Below are positions 47,477 to 59,166 of a DNA stretch of 64,000 nt, one piece after another (positions within the stretch are counted from its first letter, which is position 1; each line of letters begins with the position of its first letter). Origin of the DNA: Nemertoderma westbladi (Eukaryota; Animalia; Xenacoelomorpha); assembly GCA_032718475.1 (NCBI GenBank), contig JAUCBJ010007832.1, positions 1 through 64,000 of the forward strand, written 5' to 3'. The notes under the pieces were generated by a model. The model made no database searches, was not told where the DNA came from, and saw nothing but the letters and a program-made list of their open reading frames with translations. Position numbers and translations under genes: made by a program.

Positions 47477-50400
47477 ATGTCAGACGCAACCCAATCACTG
47501 TCAGATAGTCTCTTAGAAAGTGTTAGAATGAGTATTAGACTTAGACAGCGTATTAAAAGGATCTGTGACCAAGATAAAAGTATAGAACATCCCAGATCCA
47601 AGTCTAAGTCACCTACTATTGTAAAAAAGGCCATCCCTACAGTAGTAGTGTCAGACCCTAGGCTAGTAGAACAACGTAGGTCTATCATCAGCACTCGGGC
47701 CCAAGTCAAGCGGGATCAAGAAGCAGCTGTCAAACCGCAGCAACATCCTAGCCAAGAACCTAGTTCTCAGCGGCCCGATAGCTCCGGTGGTTCGGATACT
47801 GCTGAGCGGACACCCGAACGCGGAGCGAAGATGGCGGATACGGTTTATGATGAGCGGCCAACCTATGAAGAATCAACCGACGCCACTTCTTCTCAAGTGG
47901 AAAGCGAAGTGGAAAGCGAAGTGGAAAGCGAATTAACAGCAGCAGAGAAGCCGCAAACTAGAGATGCCATTGACATCTATCTGTCAGACTATCAGCGATT
48001 CCTAGGAGACGAAGAGTTGAGGAGACGACTGTCTGGACTTCGCCCTAATAGTGAAGGAACCAAGCTTGTGTTGGACGCAATCGATGCGGAAATGTTAGCT
48101 GCAGAACAAGCTAAATTTGATGAAAAACTCCGCCTCGTTAGAGTCCAAGAAGAACAAATAAAGAAAAAACAGATAGAGGACCGAAAGGCAGCAGCAGTAA
48201 AGGCGGCAGAAGCAGAAGCAGCAAAGGCGGCGGCAGAAGTAGAAGCAGAAAGAAAGGCAGCGGAAGTAGAAGCAAAAGGAAAGGCAGCGGTAGCAGAAGC
48301 AGAAAGAAAGGCGGCAGCGGCAATGGCAAAGGCAGTGGCAGAAGCAGAACGGAGAGCGTCTGAGGAGACTACCCAACTGGAGTTGGAAAATCTGCAAGAG
48401 ACGCAAGACTACATAAATAAAAAGCTAACTGCTAGTCGAATGCAGATGATGAGACGATCTACTCCAAAACGCCAGGGATACACGTCATCGGAGGAAAGCG
48501 AAACCACCGATCCTGAAGGCGGAAGAAATAGATCTCGTCTAAGCAGGCGTAGAAAAACATCTCACCGTCATAAACTGCCTGATTTGCCCCCAGCTGTCAG
48601 AAGACAACTAGCTAGCACAGACTTAGGTAGTACAGGACCCACAGACCAAATTATTCAGGTCACAAGACTCCCTACAATAGTTGATGAGCCTGAAATAATT
48701 AGGCCTGTCGTTCCCAAAGCCACTCCTGTGCTAGAGACCCCTGTACTTCCAGAGCTTAACTCTAAATTCCCTCTACACAGTACTACACTGTCTGTACCCG
48801 GTAGAACAGTCCATGAGAATATCCCTGTCCTGGAAGCTGAGAGAGAAATCAAAGATTTGTCTCCCGTCGTCCCGCGTCAGCCCGCTACAATGTTGGCGAC
48901 TCCCGCTTCGGCGGTTGAGTGGGTAGAGGAGGGACGACGGGGGATGAATCTCCTGCTCGGACAGATGCAGGAGACTGTCCACCAATTTAAGGGAACAGTA
49001 AGGGAAGGTAGGGCCGAATTGCAAGAAGTGCAGCAAAGTATCGCGCTAGAACGCGACAAATTAGTCAACATACCAAAGGGTATACCCATACCCCCTGTAA
49101 CATTGTGTCAACCTGTTAGGTCTGAAGTATTACATGCGCAAGGTGTGGAGCCTACACGCATCTATACTGCTAGTGAAGTAGAAACCCCTATAGCAAACCC
49201 TATTAAGGGTGATTATAGACCTGTTGTTAATGATGTTCCCTATAGACCTGATAATGATCCGAGAAATTTATATACCGATAATTCGATATTAAATAACACG
49301 ATGGCCCAAGAAAGCTTTACGCGTCAGATGGCTAGAACAGAAGCCCGCCAAGCGGTCAAAGTGGGAGAGATCGTTAAATTCAATGGAGATGAGATGAAAT
49401 GGCTACCTTTCAATGAATATTACAAAGATAGCATACAAAACTCTGTACTATCTAACGGAGAGAAACTTAGGTTCCTCATCAAGTGCTTGGAAGGACCTCC
49501 CAGGTTAATGGCGTTAAAGTTTATTGGACATCCAGATGGATTAAGACAAGTTTGGGATACATTAAACATCAGGTATGGTAACAAAGATAACATAGCTAAG
49601 TATTTGTATGCAAAATTAGTAGCCCCCCGACACTTCCTTAGTAGCGGGATTATAGAGTTTTCCGATGAAATTCAGGAAATCTGTAGACAATTGGACTGGT
49701 TAGGTAAGTCTCATGAATATCAGAGTTCCATGGTTATTGGAGCAGTAGTCTCTACTTTACCCAAGGGTGGAGTATGTACACGTTGGGACAAGAAAGTGTT
49801 GTACATGAATGAACAACAACGACGAAGCCCTACCATGACTGATCTCATGTCCTTCTTAGATGGTGAAGTAAAACTACAACTCATCAAGCAGTCCAGAGAG
49901 AAAACATCGGAAAATAAGGTAAGTGAGAAACCTGCTTCTAGGAGAAGAGTAACACCGGTGTGTTACACTGACGACGGCGAAAGCCAAGCTTCTCAAGAAG
50001 AAGACAGCGGGAAAGACACAGCAAAATCTTACTATGACAACAAGACCTATAAAGACGTAAGTAAATACAAGTCTCGAATCAGTGACAGGAGAGAACAGGT
50101 AACAACAACTCCTCCTACGTCTCCTAAGAGAATGCACGGAAAAAAGCCCGAAGAAAGAACGAGAGTGCATAACGTTACCCAAGGTAAGGTGAGTGATATC
50201 AAACCAAAATGTGCGCTGTGCGACAGGCCCCACCGTTTGAGTGCGTGTGCTGAATTTCTAAAGAAATCCCCTGTAGACAGACGTACAGTCCTGTGGAATA
50301 AGCGGTTATGCTATAATTGCCTCAGATCAGGACACCAACGGCGAACCTGTTACTCCGACGTAAAGTGTGCAAAGTGTGGCGCGAAACATCACATCTTGTT

Positions 50401-51643
50401 ACACAGTGAGTTCGAACGAGACAACCCGAGTCAGGTAAGTGAGCCCGAACTACATGTCCAATTCAGTGATGTAAATGACACTGATCAAGAGTCTGAGATG
50501 GAAGGATTCTATACTGACGAATTCTCCGACGCCAACGAATCCTGTTATCTAATCAATACCGCAGTGTATCGAGCACTTACTTACGAAAAGGACACCGACA
50601 ATGAGTTCCCCCCAACTACCTTTGACAGACAACCATCTTGGAAAGCTCCAACTTCCAACGTAGGAATCAGAAAATTTCCTGTAGTGCAGGTAAGAGTTCA
50701 CGGTCCTAACAAAAGTTACATAGTGAACGCCCTCCTTGACTCCGGCAGCACAGGAACATTCATCGATCAAGAACTAGCCGAAGATATCTTTGCTGGACAA
50801 CCCAAATTCCGGACTAAATTGAATATGTCAGGAATTATGCAGGTTTGGAAATCTACCCTAACGGCAGATTACTATGTAGGTGTGTTGTCCACCCCCCAGG
50901 ATAAATTAGGAGCACAAGGTATAAGGTCGGTAAAAATGGTGGCTATAAAGAACTTCGCTACTACCCAAGCAGACCTTTATAATTGGGACGAGGATGAGAG
51001 CATCCAACATCTTAAGATACCTCGATTCCAGACAGATTATCCTGGAGTGCAAATACTCATCGGCCAAAACGCGCATGAGGCGCTCGAGACATTGGAGAAA
51101 CGGCCTGCTCAACCGCAGCCACTGCAAACCTATGCGGTAAGAACTAGAGTAGGTTGGTACTTCACTGGCCCTTCCCGTAGAACTCTCAAAGAGAGATTAC
51201 CTCAACAACAGGTATACCAAGTAAAGGAATGGGAAGTGGAGAGCAGTGATGTGGACGATCCAACTGAGGGAACACCATACTCCTCAGATAATGACGATAT
51301 TAACTCCAATGTAGATCAATGGAGACATTGCCTTGGGACGATTAATCCAGCCGACATCGCTTCCAGAGGAGCAACTCCTCAAGAACTGATAGATACTCCA
51401 GGCTGGTTAGGTGGATCCGACTTCTTAAGTAAAGAAGAAGAAGAATGGCCTCCTCATCTTACCCCGGCGGAGATTAGACAGGCCAAGGGAGCGGAGAAAA
51501 TAATACAACAACTCAATCCCCCAGCTGGTCGTTTATGTTTACTGGAAAGAGACCGAAAACTGTCCGGAAACTATGGAAGGCAAGATACTCTTCCTACGAC
51601 CACTTCCCTAATCCGACAAATATCTAGGGACTCCATAACGTAA
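47477..51643 (+). CDS. Intact BEL/Pao Gag-protease-(deleted pol remnant) polyprotein, 1388 aa
   Basis: DUF1759-like region, three CCHC knuckles, [23 protein letters not shown], then QWRHCLGTINPADIASRG...WLGGSDFL...EEWP and PPAGRLCLL. No RT or integrase core. Confidence 0.92.
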   Translation: MSDATQSLSDSLLESVRMSIRLRQRIKRICDQDKSIEHPRSKSKSPTIVKKAIPTVVVSDPRLVEQRRSIISTRAQVKRDQEAAVKPQQHPSQEPSSQRPDSSGGSDTAERTPERGAKMADTVYDERPTYEESTDATSSQVESEVESEVESELTAAEKPQTRDAIDIYLSDYQRFLGDEELRRRLSGLRPNSEGTKLVLDAIDAEMLAAEQAKFDEKLRLVRVQEEQIKKKQIEDRKAAAVKAAEAEAAKAAAEVEAERKAAEVEAKGKAAVAEAERKAAAAMAKAVAEAERRASEETTQLELENLQETQDYINKKLTASRMQMMRRSTPKRQGYTSSEESETTDPEGGRNRSRLSRRRKTSHRHKLPDLPPAVRRQLASTDLGSTGPTDQIIQVTRLPTIVDEPEIIRPVVPKATPVLETPVLPELNSKFPLHSTTLSVPGRTVHENIPVLEAEREIKDLSPVVPRQPATMLATPASAVEWVEEGRRGMNLLLGQMQETVHQFKGTVREGRAELQEVQQSIALERDKLVNIPKGIPIPPVTLCQPVRSEVLHAQGVEPTRIYTASEVETPIANPIKGDYRPVVNDVPYRPDNDPRNLYTDNSILNNTMAQESFTRQMARTEARQAVKVGEIVKFNGDEMKWLPFNEYYKDSIQNSVLSNGEKLRFLIKCLEGPPRLMALKFIGHPDGLRQVWDTLNIRYGNKDNIAKYLYAKLVAPRHFLSSGIIEFSDEIQEICRQLDWLGKSHEYQSSMVIGAVVSTLPKGGVCTRWDKKVLYMNEQQRRSPTMTDLMSFLDGEVKLQLIKQSREKTSENKVSEKPASRRRVTPVCYTDDGESQASQEEDSGKDTAKSYYDNKTYKDVSKYKSRISDRREQVTTTPPTSPKRMHGKKPEERTRVHNVTQGKVSDIKPKCALCDRPHRLSACAEFLKKSPVDRRTVLWNKRLCYNCLRSGHQRRTCYSDVKCAKCGAKHHILLHSEFERDNPSQVSEPELHVQFSDVNDTDQESEMEGFYTDEFSDANESCYLINTAVYRALTYEKDTDNEFPPTTFDRQPSWKAPTSNVGIRKFPVVQVRVHGPNKSYIVNALLDSGSTGTFIDQELAEDIFAGQPKFRTKLNMSGIMQVWKSTLTADYYVGVLSTPQDKLGAQGIRSVKMVAIKNFATTQADLYNWDEDESIQHLKIPRFQTDYPGVQILIGQNAHEALETLEKRPAQPQPLQTYAVRTRVGWYFTGPSRRTLKERLPQQQVYQVKEWEVESSDVDDPTEGTPYSSDNDDINSNVDQWRHCLGTINPADIASRGATPQELIDTPGWLGGSDFLSKEEEEWPPHLTPAEIRQAKGAEKIIQQLNPPAGRLCLLERDRKLSGNYGRQDTLPTTTSLIRQISRDSIT

Positions 51644-53272
51644 TAACATATGGAGTGGGCGTGTGACTATATCATTTTATATTTGTTTTTATTTTATATT
51701 TATGTATGTATTATTATGTAATTTTATTATAATCGTTTTCTTTAATTTTATTTAGTAGAATGTTATTTTAGGGATTATTTAGTAGATTAGTGCAATATAT
51801 TAGTGTTTATTACGTACGTAATTACTTATAATATATTTAGTGCGACGGCGAGAAATAATTATTTTTTCTCTTTCCTTACTGTCCGTATCATATTGTAAAT
51901 ACGTGACTACAGTAAGATGAGATGTCCGTACTTAGTAAAGTACAATAAAGCCACTACTATATTCAAGTATTATTGGTAGGCAGAGTATTAGGAATGCAAA
52001 GTTCAGATCCTCGTGTCTCGGCTAAACCAAGCTCTGGGTAGACCTTGGAAACGACTTGCCTCTTCACACTGACATTGCTTCGTGCGATATTGCTCTTCTA
52101 CCTTATATTAAATAATACATATAGTAGCGTGATGTCCCTCTAACAGTAGCGTAAAACGCAAATAAATCTGTTAAACCTTTTGACCATCTGTAATTCTAGT
52201 CGATTAAGATATCGCGGCACCCACCGATATACTTGAAAGACAAATTCTAGAATCAGTGGTTACCGTCCCCAGACAAGTTCTGGAATAAATCGGTGCCCAT
52301 CTTAAATATTAATTTAATATTTATTAAAATCTGTAAAATTCAGATCCGATAACAATTCTAGTCAATTAAGATATCGCAGCACTTACCGATACTCTTTTAA
52401 AGGACAAATTTCATAGAATTAAGGATCCTATGCCCCCAGACCTGCTCTGGAATCAAATTGTGTCAATTTTAACATCAAATAATAAAATTCACGGGAATAA
52501 ATTTAAATTCATATTTTAAATGAATTTCATAAATTGTCATTTTGTACAATTTATAACATTCCCAAAATTCCATTAATTAATAGATCATGGGAGCGGAGAT
52601 TCATCCTATTGAGTGTATTAGAGTGCGAGAATCTCCAACATATAGTCAATAGCCGATAAAATTAATAAAATCATGCATAAAGAGGATATTGACAATTAAA
52701 GAATTATTATTAAATAGCATCCCAGATCTGTATGCATGAGAATTACCCTAATTCTACCGCTAGCATTCCATAATGTCACCATAGCAACACCCACGCTAGA
52801 ATTAGAAGCAAGTTAAAAGAACAATAGAAAGCTTGTCCCATTGCATAGCATAGAGAATATAGCACACTGTTAGTATCCAAGGATACACAGTAATAACGTG
52901 ACATTCTGGAAGGCACTGACTAACGGACAAATGGCCTGTATGTGTACAATTGGTGACAGTTGTGTGGAATTTGTGCGTTTGTAGGTGAATGTTACTGCTA
53001 AGGTGTGTTTACAGTAGCTAGTCGCAATTGTGAAAGTAACCCAACTCTCCTATAGAAAGAACCTAAAGTGGATTCAAGCCTTTGGGACGGACAGTGGAGT
53101 GACTTGTGCCGGTTATCGTTGTCGTACTGTTGCTACATGTTGGCGTAAACACCGCGACAACGGTACATCGGCGCTGAGGATCCCACTGTCCGGGGGCAAA
53201 GAGAGGTAGGCAGCGACGTCCGCTCGCCTAAACATAAACTCATTTCGATATTAACAAACTCAGATAGCAGAT

Positions 53273-54721
53273 ATGACGGAGTTGATAGAAGATGATCTTG
53301 GTATCAAGGAGCGATATACTCTACCTTTGCAAGCATTTGTGGATAGCTTAATACGCGGTGAAACCGATCCAACCATTACGGAGGACAATGGTCGTTATAT
53401 CGAACCGCCGACGTCCCAAGAGCAACTTACGCGTGAATTGGACTATCGAAAATTCACCGCTCGCTATACGCATCGTGATAATACGTATATGGACTTCCTA
53501 ACTACCGGCCATCCTATCGATTTACATGATACGGACGATGTAGACACCGAAAGGAAAATGGTTCTATTTAAATATCATACCCAGCGGAGTCGTAACGATA
53601 AACCGAAAATAGATCACGAAAATTCTATTCGTAACAGACTGGGAAGACGAACCAATATGCCTAGAATCTGAGGAGATTCAGCCTATTGCGCCCGGAACAG
53701 CGACAACGATTACATCCTAGAATGGTATCAAGGTCCACAGTGTCTCACTGCGTACGATTATCGCCATGCCAACTATGTTTCTCGGCAACGTTGTCGGTTA
53801 TGCGCATCGAGAGACCATGTTACGCCCATGGACACAAACGTCCGCTGTTCCTATTTCCACGAACAACCGGCGATGAAAATTTATTGCGCGTATTGCAGAT
53901 TAAATAATTTGCACGTTTTTGCGGTTTGCCCTCAATTTATGACTCAACGTCACCATTGTCAACTAAAGGGACATGCCAGTTTCGATTGCCCTTTTAATCA
54001 CGATTTGGAAAGCGTAGATGAAATGATCACACTACGTTACATCAGAGCTTGGGAAGCGAACGCTGATTTACATTGTGATTCGCGCCATCGCTATTATCCC
54101 GGACATGCTTACGAAGGAGTTTATGCGTTCCATCCTTATCTATTCGCTTCGGTTGAACAGAAATCACGCATATCAAGTTACGAGCTACTGAAGCGCGTTG
54201 GAGAATGTATTTCAACCAAATTCGTACGCAAATTTCTCAGGAGTGTTAATCCTAGCGACCTTCATTCCTATAACTTAATCAATTATATCCGTCAGGATCC
54301 GGACTATGGAGACTTGTTTGTTAACTCACACCCCGAGTTACAGGAAGTATATCGACGGCCTTACGAATACCGAGCCCGCGAACGCGAGTTGGAAAGGACC
54401 ATTAAACCCCGGAGGTTTCTAACTGCCTATGGTCCACCCACGGCCCTCGTTCAGACCACTCGTAAAGGACCCGTAAGAGCGGCTGTCTTGAAACGAGCTC
54501 TCAAGGCCGTTAGACCCCTCTCCCCGGACGTTGATGTCAATCAACCCGGTACTTCGACTGGCGGATACACCGACCAAAATCCTACACCCTCTGATGCAAT
54601 CATATTGCACCCTTCACCCCGGAGTTATAGCCCTCCTTGTAAAGTGGCTCGCCCCAAAGAGAAAAGGACTCTGGCTAGCTTTAAGAAACTGCGTAAACGC
54701 CGTCCGCGCAAGAAAGACTAA
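53273..54721 (+). CDS. Accessory ORF2 of element 2 (482 codons with one internal TGA at 53669-53671); Cys/His zinc-knuckle-like middle and basic C-terminal tail
   Basis: ORFs 53273..53671 and 53828..54721 are in the same frame and the gap is open (GDSAYCARNSDNDYILEWYQGPQCLTAYDYRHANYVSRQRCRLCASRDHVTP). Motifs CRLCASRDH, CAYCRLNNLHVFAVC, HHCQLKGHASFDC. Ends KKLRKRRPRKKD. Confidence 0.7.
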
Positions 54722-54799
54722 CTGTTTAGAGTATTTACGTATATTAGAAACTGTGATTTTGTATATTTTATAGACTCAAATCCCATTTTCTGGGAGCGG

Positions 54800-56058
54800 T
54801 GTAAAAGCTTCTGTGGGATATAACTGGCCCTTTTGCTTCGCAATCCAGTTTCCCCCCAGGCGCTGGAATACTCTAAAAAAGGTTCTCTAATTGTATATAT
54901 ATTCCCCTCGCCCGCAAGGTACCGTTACAGGTGTTTTAACGGACATAAAAGTCATTCTGCTATATACGTGTTTTAGCGGACATGGTAAGGCAAAAACCTG
55001 CAATGCACCAAATACCTTTCACAGCTTAGCCGTGATGATTCATATTACGACATCTAACAGCTGGTTGCTGACATGGAAACAGCCATTGGACGCAGGGTTC
55101 TTTGTTGGCTTGAGCCAATCAGAGCGATTTTTCCTGTCGACGTGTAGCTTTTCGGCCGATCATAAGGAGAGTGTTCAGTCTTACTGTTTTTTCTTGTTAC
55201 TTTATTGTTGTTGCTATCTAGGCCAGTAACAACGGCTCTAGAGTCAATTCATTTCATACTTTAGAAGAAACATTAGTAGGCTCAAGATTATAGAGCGTAT
55301 AACTGTTATCGGTTCATAACAACTCACATATCGGTCCATATCAGTACATTGTCATATCATATCTTAACCTACCGTCTTAATAGTTTGCTGTTGTTTGGTT
55401 GAATATTATTTGGAGAACATTTATAAAGAACCCAAATTTCCCAATTTTCTTGATACACTACAGGTTAGAGAGACGGGTTATATATAGCGATTGCGACTTA
55501 TATTATTGTGGTTTGTAGTGAATTTAATGCTATTTGATAAGCACTACATGAATCCGTTGCTGTTCTCTTTATATATGATAAAATTCATTGACGGTCGGCA
55601 AATTAGTGAGCAGTATTGTGTGTTACCGGTAGTGTGCATGATTGTGACTGATAACTAAGCATTTCCTAAAGAATGCGCCTCATACGTGAATCATAAGCCT
55701 TACCGACTTACCGTTGTGATTAGTATAAGTCATATCTCGGTTTACTTAGATAGAGCGCCACGTCCTAAAGGAACTGTTAATATTTCCCGAAAGTAAATAA
55801 TATTAGTCAGAAATTAATTATTAACGATCAATCGAATAATACAGTACAGTAAGCTTACACTGCAATAATAATCTAAGCCCTCAGAATCCAGTCTCCCGGG
55901 AACATCCAGCGGGTGAATGGACGCGCACTAGGCTGGCTTCTGCTAATGTTGTGTTTATTGGTATTAAATATTTGTCATCTTCTAAAGTATATTTATAAAC
56001 CAAAAGACATATAAATTTTGGCAGGTTAAACTGCTAAAGGTCTTCAAAAGCGCGTACA
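54800..56058 (+). repeat. 3' LTR of element 2
   Basis: Direct repeat of 43955-45213, followed by TSD gctcg. Confidence 0.97.
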
Positions 56059-56927
56059 GCTCGTTCTTGCTCATTGTTGCTCATTGTTGCTCATTTTTGC
56101 TCGTTGTTGCTCAAGGTTGTTGTTCGTTGTTGCTCATTGTTGCTCGTTGATGATCGTTGTTGATCGTTGTTGATCGTTGTTGCTCATTGTTGTACGTTGT
56201 TGATCGTTGTTGCTCATTGTTGCTCTTTGTTGCTCGTTGTTGCTCATTGTTGCTTGTTGTTGCTCATTGTTGCTCGTTGTTGATCGTTGTTGCTCATTAT
56301 TGGTCGTTGTTGCTCATTGTTGCTTGCTGTTGCTCATTGTTGCTCGTTGTTTCTCATTGTTGCTCGTTGTTGCACATTGTTGTTGTTCGTTGTTGCTCAT
56401 TGTTACTAATTGTTGATCGTTGTTGCTTATTGTTGCTCATTGTTGCTCGTTGTGTCTCATTGTTTGTCGTTGTTGCTTATTGTTGCTCATTTTTGCTCGT
56501 TGTTGCTCATTGTTGTTGATCGTTTCTGCTCATTGTTGCTCGTTGTTGTTCATTGTTGCTCGTTCTTGCTCATTGTTGCTCATTTATGCTCGTTGTTGCT
56601 CAAGGTTGTTGTTCGTTGTTGCTCATTGTTGCTCGTTGTTGATCGTTGTTGATCGTTGTTGCTCATTGTTGTACGTTGTTGATCGTTGTTGCTCATTGTT
56701 GCTCATTGTTGCTCGCTGTTGCTCATTGTTGCTTGTTGTTGCGCGTTGTTGTTCAGTGTTGCTCGTTGTTGCTCATTGTTGCACGTTGTTGATCGTTGTA
56801 GCTCATTGTTGCTCATTGTTGCTCGTTGTTGCTCATTGTTGCTTGTTGTTGCTCATTTTTGCTCGTTGTTGCTCATTGTTGTTCATTGTTGCTCATTTTT
56901 GCTCGTTGTTGCTCATTGTTATCGTTG
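56059..56927. repeat. Degenerate 10-bp satellite (TTGTTGCTCR)n, right part
   Basis: Seen directly. Confidence 0.97.
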
Positions 56928-57317
56928 TTAAAAATTGCATTAGCCTGTCTGCCTGTTAGCTGTTTAAAAATTCCGGCTCGCTTCTCTCGCCTTTCTTTTT
57001 TTCTGTTACATGGTTACTGCTGTACAGAGCACAGAGGTACAGCTGTACCTACTGTTGTTACCAACCAATCCCGGAAAAAATAACATAATCGCAATGATAA
57101 CCTATCTAAAAATAGTGTTATTTTAGTCCTAGGAAAAAATAACACATTTATTTTTCAACACTCCGGTATCTGCATGTTGAAATTATATTTATGCTTGTTT
57201 TCCGTGTTGTGAACACAGTAGTTAGCTTACGGTACCGGTACCTTTACTAACATGAGTGAAAGTGAAAGTTGTAAGAATAAGACTAGCGTAGGCCTATGGT
57301 ATGTTTTCAGTTCAGAG

Positions 57318-59166
57318 CAAGGACTACTATACTACAGGACTGGCATACTGCCTGATCCGACTTCGCTAGCGAAGTCCATTCATTTCATACTGCAGTACTG
57401 CTGTAAGCTGTACTGCTACCGTAGAATGATTTATTACTGTATTACAGTATTATACCAGTATACTTACCTACAAACAGACAGCTAGACAGTTCTGCAGTTT
57501 ACTGAACGTTCGCGCAGTGAAACTTCCACCTGCTGTCCTGTCGGTGCCGAATGAGATCAGTGGATCGCCGCGCTACCACGACGCAGTGCAGGCAGATGAC
57601 AGATGACGGCTCCCCGTTTAAGTTATGGAAGCACTGCCGTCATTTGTATTCAACATTCTGACATTGGCCAGAGTGTCCCGCGCAGCCGCGGGAATTCCGC
57701 ACAAGAAAGTCCCTGGCGGTTCCTTGCGACCAACAATACCTCCATTCTACTTCCCTTATCGTGTGTTCCACCGCGACCCCCCACTCCACGATAACTCCCT
57801 CCCATTGCGGAACGCCAACTTCAGTTGCTCAATGAGCGAGATTTAATTGGGGGCTTTTTGCAGCTGACTGAACCCGTTGTTTCTAAGTGGCTAAAGGGAA
57901 TCGCAGGATACGGTCGCGATACTGACATTTTTGTGAAGCGATCGGAGTTCCAAGTAGCCTATTGCTTTTCTTATTCCATAACGACGAATATGCAGGTTTC
58001 ACTTTTGTCAAAGAAGCAACTTACGTTGCAGGATTCCTGCCCTGGTAAAGGATTCCTGCCCTGGTGGATTACAACTTGCTCCTCATGCCTCATCACCTCT
58101 TATGATGGACCATGGTGTCGGCTGCGTGGGTGGATGCTTTACCTAACAGCCTAATGGAACTATACGGTGCTACAAACAACTAACTCAAGTAGTGCACATG
58201 ATTGCGGTCTATTACGGTATCTCCCCACTGCCACCAATAGCTGCTTGCCGTATCCTAGCAAACACCCTTCTTACTGTCTTAATGGAGTACAAAAGCGATC
58301 TATGGAAGAAACGGATAGGCAGAAACGGCGCGACTCGCATTCTGGCGATACAGCCGCACAAACTAAATTAGTAAATTAAATTCCCCCGAATAACGGGAAG
58401 TGGACAAAATAAATAAATATTATTGTATACCAGGCCGAAATATGATATCGTTTCGTATCACGTCAAACTGTGAACTGAGATATTTCTCTACAGGGGGTCA
58501 CACGTTGAGTCCGCGCCCGGAGAGACTCATAAAAACTGAGATATATATATAAAGGAGTCTACAGGGGAGTCATTCGTTTAATTTTCCGGTTTATGTTTAA
58601 TATTCGGGATTGATACTTAATCAATTTATTAATTAATAAATTCAATATCTTTTTTTTATTCATAATAATAATCAATAATTTGATTGAAGATTTTTTAATT
58701 AATGAAGAGCCCGTATCGGGGTCATTGATGTGTTTTCACTCTGGGGTGGGGAATATTGGGTCGGCTATCGTAATAAATAATAAAGTAATAACATAGAGTA
58801 CCTACTAACTAGTAATATAAAGTATCCGATATCATCTGTGTCACAACATTCCCCTACCAATAGGGGTACTGCTCACATCGTTTTTTATGTCGCACAATGT
58901 ACTAACTCAACACGGTCGTTCTAGACTATAATGAATAGTTAGTACACAACACTCGTCGTCCCCTTTGTTACAAGCCTCGCTGCGCTCGTCCTTTATTTCT
59001 TGACACCAAAATATATTATGTTACTAATAATTACGATTGTGTACTAAATTTCATACAAATCCATTGATAACAATGTCTATAACAGTATGAAGCAATACCA
59101 AACCAATGGACTCGAAATGAAAGTCGGATGAAGGGGTGTGCCAGTCCTGTAGTATAGTAGTCCTTG
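57318..59166. mobile_element. Probable non-autonomous DNA transposon bounded by inverted repeats
   Basis: caaggactactatactacaggactggca (57318-57345) is inverted as tgccagtcctgtagtatagtagtccttg (59139-59166), with weaker inner matches (atccgactt/aagtcggat, agtccatt/aatggact). Confidence 0.6.

Larger units (their letters stand above)
43955..56058 (+). mobile_element. LTR element 2: sister non-autonomous BEL/Pao-derived retrotransposon inserted in the 10-bp satellite
   Basis: 1259-bp LTRs at 43955-45213 and 54800-56058, about 2 mismatches by eye. TSD GCTCG (43950-43954 / 56059-56063). Polypurine tract gggagcgg at 54792-54799. Confidence 0.95.

Noticed and set aside
47477-51643. Domesticated Gag host gene (Arc/PEG10-like)
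   Set aside because: It sits between near-identical LTRs with a TSD and has a sister copy, which indicates a recent mobile insertion.
53273-54721. ORF2 as an envelope gene
   Set aside because: No signal peptide or hydrophobic transmembrane stretch. The RKRR lies in the terminal basic tail, not at an SU/TM boundary.
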